Shown here: piece by piece, positions 39,181-50,968 of the stretch | Position numbering within the stretch: the first letter of the stretch is position 1 | Layout: each line of letters starts with the position of its first letter | NCBI GenBank assembly: GCA_010093605.1 | Contig: MU004195.1 | Span: forward strand, 1,007,566 to 1,071,565 | Reading direction: 5' to 3' | Origin: Lophium mytilinum | Taxonomy: Eukaryota | Length of the DNA: 64,000 bases | Made by a program: the position numbers and the translations under genes | The notes under the pieces: generated by a model | Told to the model about the DNA's origin: nothing | Databases searched by the model: none | The model's input: the letters and a program-made list of their open reading frames with translations, nothing else

Positions 39181-41414
39181 TTAGAAGTTTTGTACACAAG
39201 TGCGTAAGTCAAACAGTCTGCCATGTGAAGCACAAGTTTGGGCGAGGAAAAGCCATAGAAAAAGGACGATGGAGATAACAGGAAAGCAACTCGACACGCA
39301 ATGCACCGCAAGAAGACTGCGGCATCGCCCAGTACTCCGCTCGGTGGGTTCGTGCCGTTTCGATTCCATTGGGCTCTCCAGATTTTGACCGATGCATAAA
39401 GGGCTAAGATATTGCACAACGGCCTCGGCTTTATGAAGCGCTGCGACCTGCAAAGGTGTTCTCAAACCCTTATCCAAAGAAGTAAGGTCGCTCGCGGCCC
39501 CGACTGTAAGAAGCTTCCTCACAGCATCGATCTTGCCCTTTGAAGCGGCATGGTGCAGCACAGTTCGACCTTCGAGATCAGCCGCGCGTAAGATGAAGCC
39601 GCGTTCGAGCAAGATATCGATCGTTTGGGTACGACGACTCTCCGTCGCATAGTGTAAGAGAGTTCGTCCTCGCCAGTCGGGTCTAAAGGCATTGGTGTCT
39701 GGATGGTTGAGGAGGTAGCCTATCACCTGTAGATTACCTCTTTGAAGAGCGAGGTGAAGAACCGTTCTTCCTTCTTCGTCTGTGTTGGAAAGAGAGGCAG
39801 GGTCAGCGTGGAGACATCGATGAATATCTATTAGTTTGGAGCTTTTGGTCCAAGCAACATAATGCGCAATGCTCATGCCTTCATCGTCTTGAATCGTGTT
39901 ATCAAGATCTTCTTGGTGATACTGGATGAGCTGCTGAGAGGTCTCGCCGAAGAAGTAGTGGAGAGGCGTTCGTCCAGCTATGTCTTGATGGCCTAGATCG
40001 GCTCCGGAGCCAAGAAGACATTGAGAGACTTCGTAGCCGCGATCGTGTCTCACAGCCATGTGAAGCGGGGTTCTAGAACCATCGGTCAGTCGAAATTATT
40101 ACAGTAGCGTTTCCCGTGAGAGCGAGTTTGTTTACCTGCCGAAGTCGTTTTCAGCATTTACAGGTACGCCTGCGCGGACGAGCTCTTTCACCATATCGTA
40201 ATGATTGGCTCGCGCAGCTATCTACGTTTTGATTTAGCTTCCTTGAAAACATAGCTAGATAGATAGAAGAATAACGAACATGTAGTAGTGTGTCTCCGTA
40301 CACGGTTGTGTCTGATATACCAACTTTACGAGCAGCAAGCAACTGTCTCAGAAGAAGCCAGTCTCCCTTCTCGCAAGCCAGATAGGCAGAGCTGTCATAT
40401 GGCAGGAAGGCTGAGTTGGATATATCCCACTGGATCTTGAACCGAAATGGACGAAGTGATTCGTACAGTCCAAATATCGAAAACGATACTTGTCTAGGAA
40501 CCACGCGACCTACTCGGAGTTTGGACGAAATGCAGAAAGCTTCTCGAAAAGGGAGCCGCTTGTATATAGCCCGTCCTCTTTCAGACCAACACCTGACGAT
40601 CACAGACCCTATGCGGAGTTCCGCTGATAGAATTCGTCCTCCAAATGCACTCGAGTGTTGGACTCTGTAACTCACAGGCTCAGAGACAGATGACAGGTAT
40701 GTGTTCAGTCGCTTTGATAAAACGTTTTCTGAAAGAGTGTTGCATTTAGAACTCGACGCGGATTGTTCCTCCAGAGTTAACGCCGCCTCGTAGCACTGCA
40801 TGCAACTTTCGTGGTTCTGTATATTCTGCGAATCATGTTTACTAGGATTGGCAGCGTACTGTGTGCATATAGCTGGTGGTACAGGTATTGGCACCAAAGT
40901 GTGTTTGAACATCTTCATCATTAGTTCCCTTAAGTCATGTTAGCGTTGCTCTATGGATAAATGAGGAAGAGAACAAGACAACAAACAGTTCTGTGGCAGA
41001 CACCGCACTAGAAAATATAGTATTCCATCTGTCCAGCGAGCTATAAAACTTATGCATCTCTCTGTCCGACAGAAGCCATTTACATCTCTCCCATATGTGA
41101 TGCACCCGGCCTCGGTCAAGCATATTCGCTTTTCTTTGCACCTTGGACTTGATGACTTCGATTTCTAGAATGAATTGTTTTATGTTCCCTCGCAGTGCTC
41201 GGTCCAGTTGCAGATCTGGCGGCAAATCGGGGCTGTCATATACTCGAATAAGATTCGATATAGTCTGATGCAGACATTGTAATTTGGCGGTTTGAGACTG
41301 GATTTCGACGGGCGCGTCCGAGATATCGCGAACGAAGTGATGGAGGAACTTGCAGGTGTTACCAGCAGCCGCAAGCAGTGTCAGCAAGCTGGCCATGACT
41401 GATATTGGATCCAT
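39181..41414 (-). CDS. HeLo-like/SesA-type N-terminal domain plus ankyrin repeats, hydrophobic C-terminal tail (4 predicted exons)
   Basis: MDPISVMASLLTLLAAAG...ISDAPVEIQ resembles fungal STAND N-terminal domains; ankyrin motifs GDTLLH, GRTPLH, GRTVLHLA, GRTLLHYA, GRTVLHHA, RTPLQVA; GT-AG introns near 40930-40987, 40222-40278 and 40074-40135. Confidence 0.82.
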
Positions 41415-41763
41415 AGCTTAGGCTTTGGGCCAAGATCGGTATGTTAGCAAGCTGTTGATAGTCGGTCAAGCAGTGAGCAACTTACAGTGTTAACTCAGGA
41501 GTGATTGTTGAGGCATACTTCAGAAGGCGATGAGGATATTGCTGCCAGAGACGGTAGACGATAATACCATGGCCTGAGAGAAGATCAACCGCTGGAAATC
41601 ACATTCTTCCGTGAGCGGCAGTGCCTTGCAGTATGCCCAGGCGGTTGACGTGTCTGCCTTGGTACCCGGTCACCTAGGCGTGGCCGTCTGTAGGTGCGAT
41701 GAGTGTGGGAAGGCTGAACCGGGCTATGCGTCCTCCACGCAGCAGGCGGTCGTTTACATTCGG

Positions 41764-41836
41764 TCATGAATGAAAGCTCCATCCGCTCATGAATTAAAGC
41801 TCCATCCGCTCATGTGTTAAAGATCCATCCGCTCAT
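41764..41836. repeat. 23-bp tandem repeat x3 (tcatgaattaaagctccatccgc)
   Basis: Units start at 41764, 41787 and 41810, with a partial fourth. Confidence 0.9.
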
Positions 41837-43713
41837 CTACCTAGCCGTTGAACGTTGTTGTAAGTGTGTATGCCCACACCTCTTTGTGCAAAGGCTGACG
41901 AATGGCTCAACCCAGGCACCGATATTCGATCAAATGCCACGCGCAAAAACCCCCGAGTTCGGTACAATGGCCATGGAATACAAAGCCGGCGACAATGTGT
42001 GGGTTCATGACGCTGGTGAGCTTCGGCAACATTACCTGCATGATCTCGATACTAGGACTGAACTTGGCTTTAGGGGTGTGGTGGGAGGGTATAGTGATGA
42101 GGGCCGTAGGCTCAAGCGCCCAACGATGTACAGTGGAAATCCCATCACGAAACGAGATTTGGAGCTTTGACCACAAGAACATACGGAAGCGGCCGCCGTA
42201 AGCGCCAAAAAACGCTTTCCAAGGATAGAATTTGTGTAGAGTTTGCGTAATAGGAGCAGAAGGTCAAGGCTTCAACGACGAAGACATAGTTGTGCTTAGT
42301 ATCTGTGCAAAGCAATAGAAAACCTCATGAATCTGCCTCCAGTGTTGTGCCTCAGAATGCGTGGCTTTTGCTATACTGAGATTATTGGTAGTACCTATAT
42401 CGCTCACTCTTAAACGGAAGGCATGTGATGCTCCATCTATTCTAGAATACCACCCAACCCCACCCAACCCCTACCCCTGAGCAGGGGGTGGAAACGATAC
42501 GTAGACCTCACGACCGCATCGGATTTACGTTTGTATCCCCGGAAGGCATTGGCCTGGGAACAAATTGCAGGACAGAAATTGGGCAGGGAACAAATCAGGC
42601 AAATAGAATGGTGGCTGGGAAAACGCAGCATTCATGCATTCTCTCGTCACTGGAATTCCGTCATTGCGATATCTAATACTTGTGTCATGTATAAATAGGC
42701 TACAGTCACTAATAAGATATCTAGCAATACCTGTTAACTCCTACAAGCGTGCCCTGAGATATCGAGTTGCATCCGTATACAGGCGTAGGAGTACACGCTA
42801 CTGGGCTTTGTTGATATGCCACTTTTTCCCTGGCAGCGTCACCATCAAGGGACCCTAGCGCCCGTCTCCTGTGCCGATCGATGTCTCTATCGCAACCCTA
42901 GTTCTGGGTCCGAATGCAATGTCTGGATTGATGTACGAGTTTCATTATATTTTCGACCCTAAACGAAACTGGATGTCCATTCCGCGAACAACCAGGTCGA
43001 TTCGCCAAACCTTATCCGGGACGTCCAGTGCCAGTCACTGCAATCAAATCACAGCAACAGCGCACAGAACATGACCTCAACAGAATTATAGTAACTACCT
43101 CTGTACCAGTAGCCATACCATCACACAAGAATCTCAACAAAAACAACCTCTTCCACAACTCAACCCACTCAAAACACGTCCACACATCAACACTCCCCTC
43201 AAACTACACCAATTTTCGACTTGGTTATCCACAACCCATTCCATCCTCTCTAATCACCCTCAAATACAACAAAACCCGTACATCCACAAAAACCCCATCC
43301 CCCACTCTCAGAAAAGTAAAAGAACAGCCGCTTCGCGAGCTATCAAAAGTCCGCTCGGCGCAAAAAGAAACAAAAGCAGAAAGAAGAAAAGCCTGAATTA
43401 GGTCCTGCTATTCGGACCGCACCCACCACACACCCAGGCGCCAAATTATGCAGAGGTATAGACGCGGAGCGTTACGCGCGTTCGTGAAAGTCGTGTTAAG
43501 GGGAAGGGGGTTGCCGAGCCAAAGAAAGTAAAGAGAAGGAGGAAGTAAGGGGCAAGCTGGCTGTTGAACGGTAGAGATTCCACTAGCTAAGGTAAAGGAT
43601 TCCAAAAACCGCGAGGAAAAGTCCAGCTTCTAGCCCTCGCTTAAGCATTTCAGGAGAGTAATTGTTTGGTATTATCTCCTGTCGTGCAGGAAAAGCGTCG
43701 GGAAGCAGGCACG

Positions 43714-46700
43714 CTAAGCGATCTCGACGACGCGTTGGATGATGCGAGAGCCGATTGAGGTCGCGACCGAGGAGATGCCCGAGAAGAGGCTGGGTAGGAG
43801 ATTGTAGAGCATCATGCCGACGATCAGGATGAGGAGAGGGAACTAGTGGGAAGGATTAGTATGATTTAAAGTCGTAAGATGGTTGATGTTAGCTTACCCA
43901 GAAGAACCATAGGTTCCTGTCTGTAGTGATCCTCTTGAGTTGCAGCGCATGTGCTTCACGCAACGCCTCTTGCTTCTCCTTCGACAGTGGCTTCCGGCCG
44001 ATGCGGACATCCAAATCGCCCTTGGCGACTATTGTGAAGCTCGACGATGCTTCGGCGGTCATCTCTGTTGTAGCAGCCTTTTGGTCCAGTAGCTCTTCAG
44101 CTGCGCTGTTGAGCTTCTTGACAATGTTGCTGCTTTCGCCGTGCTCTGGGTATAGGTGATCATACGATGGCGGAGGTGGCGATGGAGCAGACTGGAAGGG
44201 TAGATAGTTGCGCCAGCTAGGCTCTTCGACTACGGTGGCGTTGCTGGAGTCAGACTCAGTGCGTAGTGGAACCTGCATTCTGTGGGGGACCAGGGAGCTG
44301 ATACGACGAACGACGGGAGAGTCCTGGTAGTCCTGAAGGTTCACAGGAAGTTGGAATGTGCGAACGTTCTGCTGGAATTGCTGGATCTGGGCTGCCAGTT
44401 GATTGCCCCAGTTCACGACCGCGGCAGCCGAGATAGGCTGTTGCTCAGGCTCTAGTACCACAGAACGAGGGTGTTGGATGTGGATCGCAGAACTGTTCCG
44501 ACGGGAGCGAACCCAGGCACTGGATACCATGGGCTCCTCAGTATCAGTGCCGTCGTCGCCGGTGCTGCTCTCGCCGGCACCTGCATCTATCACAGATGAA
44601 TACGCGCTCGCTGAAGCCTGAGAAGGACCTTCCCAAATTGATCTCGTGGATGCAATACTGCTGGCCCGACTACGCATCGACGACGCTCCAGCACTCCGAG
44701 TCCTTGAATGGTAGGGCGTTCGGTGTAGCATCTCAGATGCCTCGGCACTTGGTGTCAGGTCTTCGGCCATGTAGCCACGAAGGCTTCGAACGGTCGGATC
44801 TGCACCTCGGAGAATTAAGCGTCGAATGATCTGGGTATGGCCACGCATCGAAGCAACCATCAACGATGTATATCCGCCCTTGTCTCGGATGTCGGGATCA
44901 GCCCCTCGAGCAAGCAGGCCGGCAACAAGTCGAGTGAAGCCAAGACCCGCAGCCAAGGAGAGCATGGTTGATCCATTCTTAAGCTGCAAGTTGTACTGGG
45001 GGAGGTAGATGCCGTCGTGCATGTCCAACACATTGAGGATTTCTAGGAACGACTCCTCGGTGGCCGCCTTGTCCGCTGGAGCAGCTTGTCGGTGTTGGCG
45101 GCCAGACTGATAACCATTGTTGGAGTAGCCACCTTGACTGCCCTGGGTCTGGGCAGCTGCTAAGATACTCCTCATAATGTCTTTCTCTGTACCGGCTCCA
45201 TTAGATTGCTGAGCCAAAAGCTGCATAGTCAACTCGGTCAGTCTAGCCAACTCGTCATCAACGTATGTGAATCTGCCGGTAGATTGAGGCAGGCGGTGCC
45301 GCATTCCATCCGGCGCATTCGAAACGAGAGAAACAATAACATCCCCAGCCTGTATACCACGAGGTACCAAACACACCAACGTGCTGTTACCCCAATAGGT
45401 AGTTGTAGTTGCCAAGTGATCGCCAAACATAGCTTCCATACCACGATGGAAGTTGCTGCCAAGCAGAGTAACCTCGTAGCCGCCGTTGATCGAACCTTTC
45501 TCGGGAATGATCTTATTGATGGCTGGTGTCATTGAAGGGGCGGCACTCGTCGGAGAGAACGTCTGGTATTGCGGCTCTGGAGGTTGCTGGAACTGATGCA
45601 GGGTAGGCAGTGAGGTCAATACCTGGGGCATTCCACGATCAAAAGCAGTCTGCGTATTGGCGATGGACCGCTCTGTGGGGCTTCCAGATCTACTGGCGTA
45701 GGCGGAGTTCGGAGTGGAAAAGTATGCACTGGGGTCTGGAATTGAAGCATCGTAATTCATATGCGGATTGCGAGGCTCAAACTTCAGAGGAGCCGGGATC
45801 GAAGCCCCCATTGGGTTCGATCTTGCGGTAGTGTTCATGTTCTGCATTGACATCGAAGATGGAATCATTGGAGCTTCTGGCGACTGCATGAAGGGAGGTT
45901 GGTTCAGCGGAAGGGCCGGGGGGAGGCCATTGAGTCCGGCCGAAAGCGGAGCACCAGACATGGGACGAGAGGCCATCTCATCCAATCGAGTCATACTTAA
46001 CCCCGATGGGATCTTGTGGTGTGCTGAAGCGCTGGGCTTTCGCTTCTTATTCGGGCCAGTCTGAGCTGAAGGCGACGCTTGTCTCGAGGCATTCCGGGAG
46101 TGCATAGCATGAGATTGATAGCCGGATGGTTTCCCCATCCCTTGCTGAGGCGAATAGGGTGAGAATTGTTGAGCCATGCCAGCCAGATCCGTAGCTGAGT
46201 GATACGGTCGAGGATACTCTGGTCGCATCATGGTTCGCTCGTTCTCGTAGGGGTCCACTGAGCCAAAGCCTGGGTCACCATAGTGCACAGTCGGGGGCAG
46301 AGCGCCTGGGGCCGCCGCCGTCTTGTGGTCATCCGTGATGATGATGGGCTGGGTAATGGCTTGTGCGATGAGCTGGCCTTGCGAGGTCTTGATGGTGAAG
46401 ATGACCTGGAAACCGAGCTTCTCGCCATGATGGCGACAGTAGCAAGCGATGCGCATGGGCACGGTGACGTGTCGTGCATCCGGGGACATGGGCAAAGGCG
46501 AGACGGGGGCATTGTCTTTGCCCGCGGCTGAGTCCCACTCCTTGTACTCCTTGTCGTTGAAGAGGACTACTCGCTGGGTACCGTATCGCTCCCAAAGTGC
46601 TTCGTCCTCCGACTTCTTTGCGCGCTTTCGCCCTGCGCGCTTCTTCTCTCGGGCAATACAGCCTTCGCAAATGCCCACTGGACCACCGTTTAGCGGGTGG

Positions 46701-47993
46701 CCTGGGTCGTCGTTGATATCGCTGCCAGAGGAAGAGTCACTACTAGACGCTCGTCGCTGCGGTATTAGCTCCAATCCTGCGGCTCGCCTAAAAGCCTGCT
46801 GGACTGCAAGTGGGCCTCCCTTCTGCATCGCACTAGCACAGACCAGTAGAGTTGTCAGCTCCAGGGTCTCCGGCTTGTTAGCATACTTTTCAACATCTTT
46901 TTCATTGGCAAGCAACTTTGCTTTTGAGATGGCGTACGTCGGGAGATGTATGGCTGAGATGCCTGCCGGCAGCGGGTCGACGGAGAGGGTGATTTTGATC
47001 TGGGTCTCGACTCTCGACTTCCCGGTCTCGGACCCGATGTACAAAGCGGCTTGCGTTCCAAGGCCAGGCATCTGGCCATTTTGCAAGACTGCGGGAGAGA
47101 CTGTTGCTCCAAACGGCGACGGTACGGCAGCTGCGTAGGCAGGGTTGTGGCTCTGCGCCCACTGCGAGTTGGCGTCCCACATTCCGGCCGCCGGCTGACG
47201 GTTGCGGGTCATGGGAGACGGGGACTGGTATCCATTGAACATATTCGGAGAATTGTCGCTGGACATTGCATTGGCAGAAGAAGGGGAACCGTCGCGCGAC
47301 TCGGATCCAAGGAAAAAGGCAGCTCTGTTCGGACTGGCCTAATCGCGGGAGATATCAGCCAATGCCAAGACCAAGACCAAGACAGACGCTCGAGGACGAA
47401 ACGCTTACCGTAGAAACCTGATTCCTCATTCCAAAATTCTGCTGCAACTTCGAAGGCGTGATCGTCTGCTCCTGCGGCAACAGAGGGTCCGGGCTGTTCG
47501 GGACACTGAAGTCCGGGAATTGAGAGGCCATTTGCGTTCCCATGGCGTCCACTGCCGGGTCTATCTCTTGCTTCATTTTGTGCGCCTCCGGAGACAAGCT
47601 TCCTTCATGCGTGGCCCACCCCAAATCCATCGTCTCTCCGGTCATCGCAGTTGACGGCTTCCTCTTGCGACTGCGTGAGGACTCGGAAGACGAGTCAGGA
47701 ACTGAGCTTTCTGGTGATGTGGAGGATCCTCCGTCCATGGAACCTGGTTGGAGTCGCTGGCCGTACCCCAAGAAGTCGCTCTCACTGTACAGTTGCTGCG
47801 CCTTCGCAGCCCCTCCCAACATTGGGGTCTCAGGCGGAGCAGGCGACGCAAAGGAATCGTTGAAAAAACGTGGCGACGTCTCATCGAAAAGAGTAATGTG
47901 GCCGCCTTGTTCCCAACTCATTTCGCCGGACGGATCCCCGATCACGTCCCCACCCATGGTCATTCCACCATTGAGGAAGTCCTCACCGTCCAT
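43714..47993 (-). CDS. MGA2: Membrane-tethered transcription factor of the Spt23/Mga2 family (IPT/TIG, ankyrin, C-terminal TM), 3 predicted exons
   Basis: KSRVETQIKITL, RIACYCRHHGEK, IITDDHK, IPT domain KIIPEKGSINGGYEVTLLGSNF, two ankyrin repeats, and DRNLWFFW|FPLLILIV TM across the last intron; stop TAG at 43714-43716. Confidence 0.93.
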
Positions 47994-49731
47994 GTACGGT
48001 GCCAGTATTGCGAGCGTTTACTTTTACAGAGATGCGGGCTGCGGTGAAGAAAGTCTTCACTTGCCGGAGGAGAGTCCGGTCTCGGGATTCTAATTGGGGA
48101 TGACACAGCTCGCTTGGGATTTTCAGGTGGAAGGCGCCATGGATGACCGGAGTGTGGCGAAGATGGAGGATTGTATTGTGAGGATGAAGTGAGCTTCGCA
48201 AGCGTCAGGCCAGCTGCAGTGCGATGATTGTACTGGAAAAATCGTGGTCAGACTCGAGGACGAAGAAGCACGCGGAGGCGACGTTTACGGGAGAAGTTTC
48301 AACTGCCTCACCGTTCGAGGGTGATGTTGGCGCTGAGGAAGGTCCAAAAGCAACGGCGCAGAGAAGTCGAGGGTGAGGAGTAGGGAGCGCGTGGAAGAGC
48401 AAGAGGGTGTGGCTCAAGAGTCGACAGAGAGAGTGTGGAGAAGGTCGTCGTGGAGGGCAAAGACACCGCTAAGCCAGGGATGCGGAGGTGTCGCAAGGAG
48501 GCCCTAAACTCCTGTTATTACCCGGTACACCGTTTACGCCACTCCGCCGCTCACCCATAGGCAAGGTTCCATGGTGCGGGCGCCGTCATCACCATTGTCT
48601 GGTACGCGTACATCGACGACTCCTCTTCGCCCAATACCAACAGCTGTTATCTATTTATGACCTTAGAATAGCAGTGTCTAGCATCAGCTTCCTTCACTGC
48701 TGTTGATTACGGCCCCTTGGAACTGTATAGGCGGCCTTATCACGGCAACTCAATGTCTTGCAGGGCCATTGACCACTACCATCTAGCTGCATTCCCTTAC
48801 CTGTTTATCTGCCTCACGTTGGATAGCAGGAAGGCCTCGCCACGCCCAAAATAGCGGGTGCTACGATATGTCTACCCACCTCTAGTATGTGTATCAGATT
48901 GTATGCACGAGCGGTGGGAAGTGGGTCCTTTGCTGCATCGTAATCACTATTTCTGCCAGGCCTCCTGTTCCCTGCACTGCACCGAACCACTCCAAGCGGA
49001 AATCTGCATTGTCCGAAGTATTGACAGCGCATTGCCAATAACCGTACGCCGGCTCGCCATCTTCTTGGTTGCCTCGATGGGAATGCTTCGATTAGACAGA
49101 AAACAGGGGCCTTGAAAGCGAGATGTACCAAAGTCGGAACACCTCAATACTTCACGACACAACTGAATCCTCGTATTGTACGGCACCAGGAATTCCGTAT
49201 TGCGTAATCTACGTTCTGAACCGAATCTTGGAAACCTTGAGAGGTGACAGCACCCAGCCCACCCTTCCCGCCCATTAGACTGCGGAGTTGGGACCGAAAG
49301 GCTGTCAGAAAGAACGCGGACTAGACGCCACAAGCAAGTCGTAACGGCTACCAAACCAAAGTGGCGTGTAGGCAAGCTGGAGGGGCGGAGAGATGCGGAG
49401 AAGAACTTCCCTCCACGCTTTTCAATTCTCTCTCTAATTCGTGGTAAAACCATGCAAAGAAATTCACTACGTTCATGCATCCGTTACGCCATCTGCACAT
49501 TAGTGCCACAAGCCCTATTCCATCTGCCGATCTACAGTCCCTCTGCAACCACACTCGTGAAAATCTTTATCCAAGTCCCCCAATCAGTCCCCCTCTGCCT
49601 CTCACATTCACCCCCGCTATCTCCTCACTCACCCATCCCACACACACAAGGGCGTTCCCGGAGCGCTTGATATCCAGCCCTCCAGCCCTAAAAGGGTCGT
49701 TCCCGCGCGGTGGCGAGAGATCATCCGTTTG

Positions 49732-49818
49732 TACGAAGGACCTCGTTTTTTTTGATGCACAACGCCAAGGCCAATTTCGCCTAGCGCTTGTGCATCAAAA
49801 AAAACGAGGTCCTTCGTA
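49732..49818. repeat. Perfect 31-bp inverted repeat with 25-bp spacer; candidate TA-flanked MITE
   Basis: tacgaaggacctcgttttttttgatgcacaa (49732-49762) and its exact reverse complement (49788-49818). Confidence 0.9.
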
Positions 49819-50968
49819 TGACATGCAGGCGGCAGGCAGTGCCGTTTTGCGGCTCCGAGTATCATTCCGGCGGGTACATGCAGGTACAACGTGGTTCAAA
49901 CCACAGAAAAATATTGCTTGGGACGGATGTGAGATTTCGTGGTTAGCCATATGTATGAGCTGATTGCCTTCAATCTGGCAATCTCAAGAGCCACTTTTGC
50001 TACTTCTAATACCCCATCGAAGGCCCCCCAAACCTGCGATCACCCTGATGACCTAGCCCAAGACTGTGAGCCGCGGTAGCACACTACACTCTTCTCTTCT
50101 TGACTCACTCCAAACATGTGTAATTATTGGTTTCGTTAAATTATTCAGTGATTCACTGCCTAGGCACATCGTCTTCAAGTGCTACCTAAAGTGTTCTCAC
50201 AAGCCAACAGCTATCCCTCGGTCCCTCGGATATCCATAGCGAAGACTTGTCAGCCGACCTCAACAGCCACGCGGGGCGTAACAAATGTGGTACTTTCATT
50301 CTTAATAAGCCGCAATAAGTGTTTAAACCTGTTTACCACGTCTTGGGGTGCTTCAATACATTTTCGGAAATTGGAACAAAATAGAAGCTCTCCGCTTTGG
50401 GCTATATGATAAGTCATTGAAGCACCCCAAGCAGTGGCAGACCAGTGCCACTTTTTTCATGCGTAGCGTGACGAGCACCAGCAATGGAAGCCTCGTCAAC
50501 CCCTCGCAACCGTCTCCTAATGCAGAACGTCCACCTGGCCTCAATCCCGACTGAAGCCAGATATCCTTACTCGGAACCTTTCGACGTACTATTCTCTTCC
50601 CAAGGCATCCGTCTACTTCCTTCTCAACGTTTGTGGGCCCCCCAACATAGAATACAAACCAGAATCAAGGGCAGCAAATGCACTTCACTTCTATACCCAT
50701 CCTGCTGTGCTGCTAACCCTCCCTGGGGTCGCTTCTCAAGTTTCCCAGTTCTCCAAAACCCCTAGCTTCTCTCTCCTTCCCACTTCTCAAAAGCCTATGA
50801 GCAACAGTAAACCAATTCACGCACATTTATGACGAGGTAATGTTTGTATTATCGGCAACCACAGCCACCTCCACCTAGCCAAATCCAGCCGCAACTGCAT
50901 ATGTACAACTTGATCATCTCTCATTCGCATCATTCATCATCCATGCCCATGAACCCGCTTCCCCCCGT

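Noticed and set aside
40790..40870. Amyloid signalling motif (SKHDSQNIQNH) in the ankyrin gene linker
   Set aside because: Too short; lacks the G/N/Q pseudo-repeat pattern of HRAM, sigma or PP motifs; no adjacent partner NLR is visible.
41764..41836. CRISPR-like array
   Set aside because: Head-to-tail units without spacers, eukaryotic context, no cas genes.
41814..42201. Small divergent ORFs as a partner of the ankyrin gene
   Set aside because: No motif or splice support; overlapping ORFs of similar length occur on both strands.
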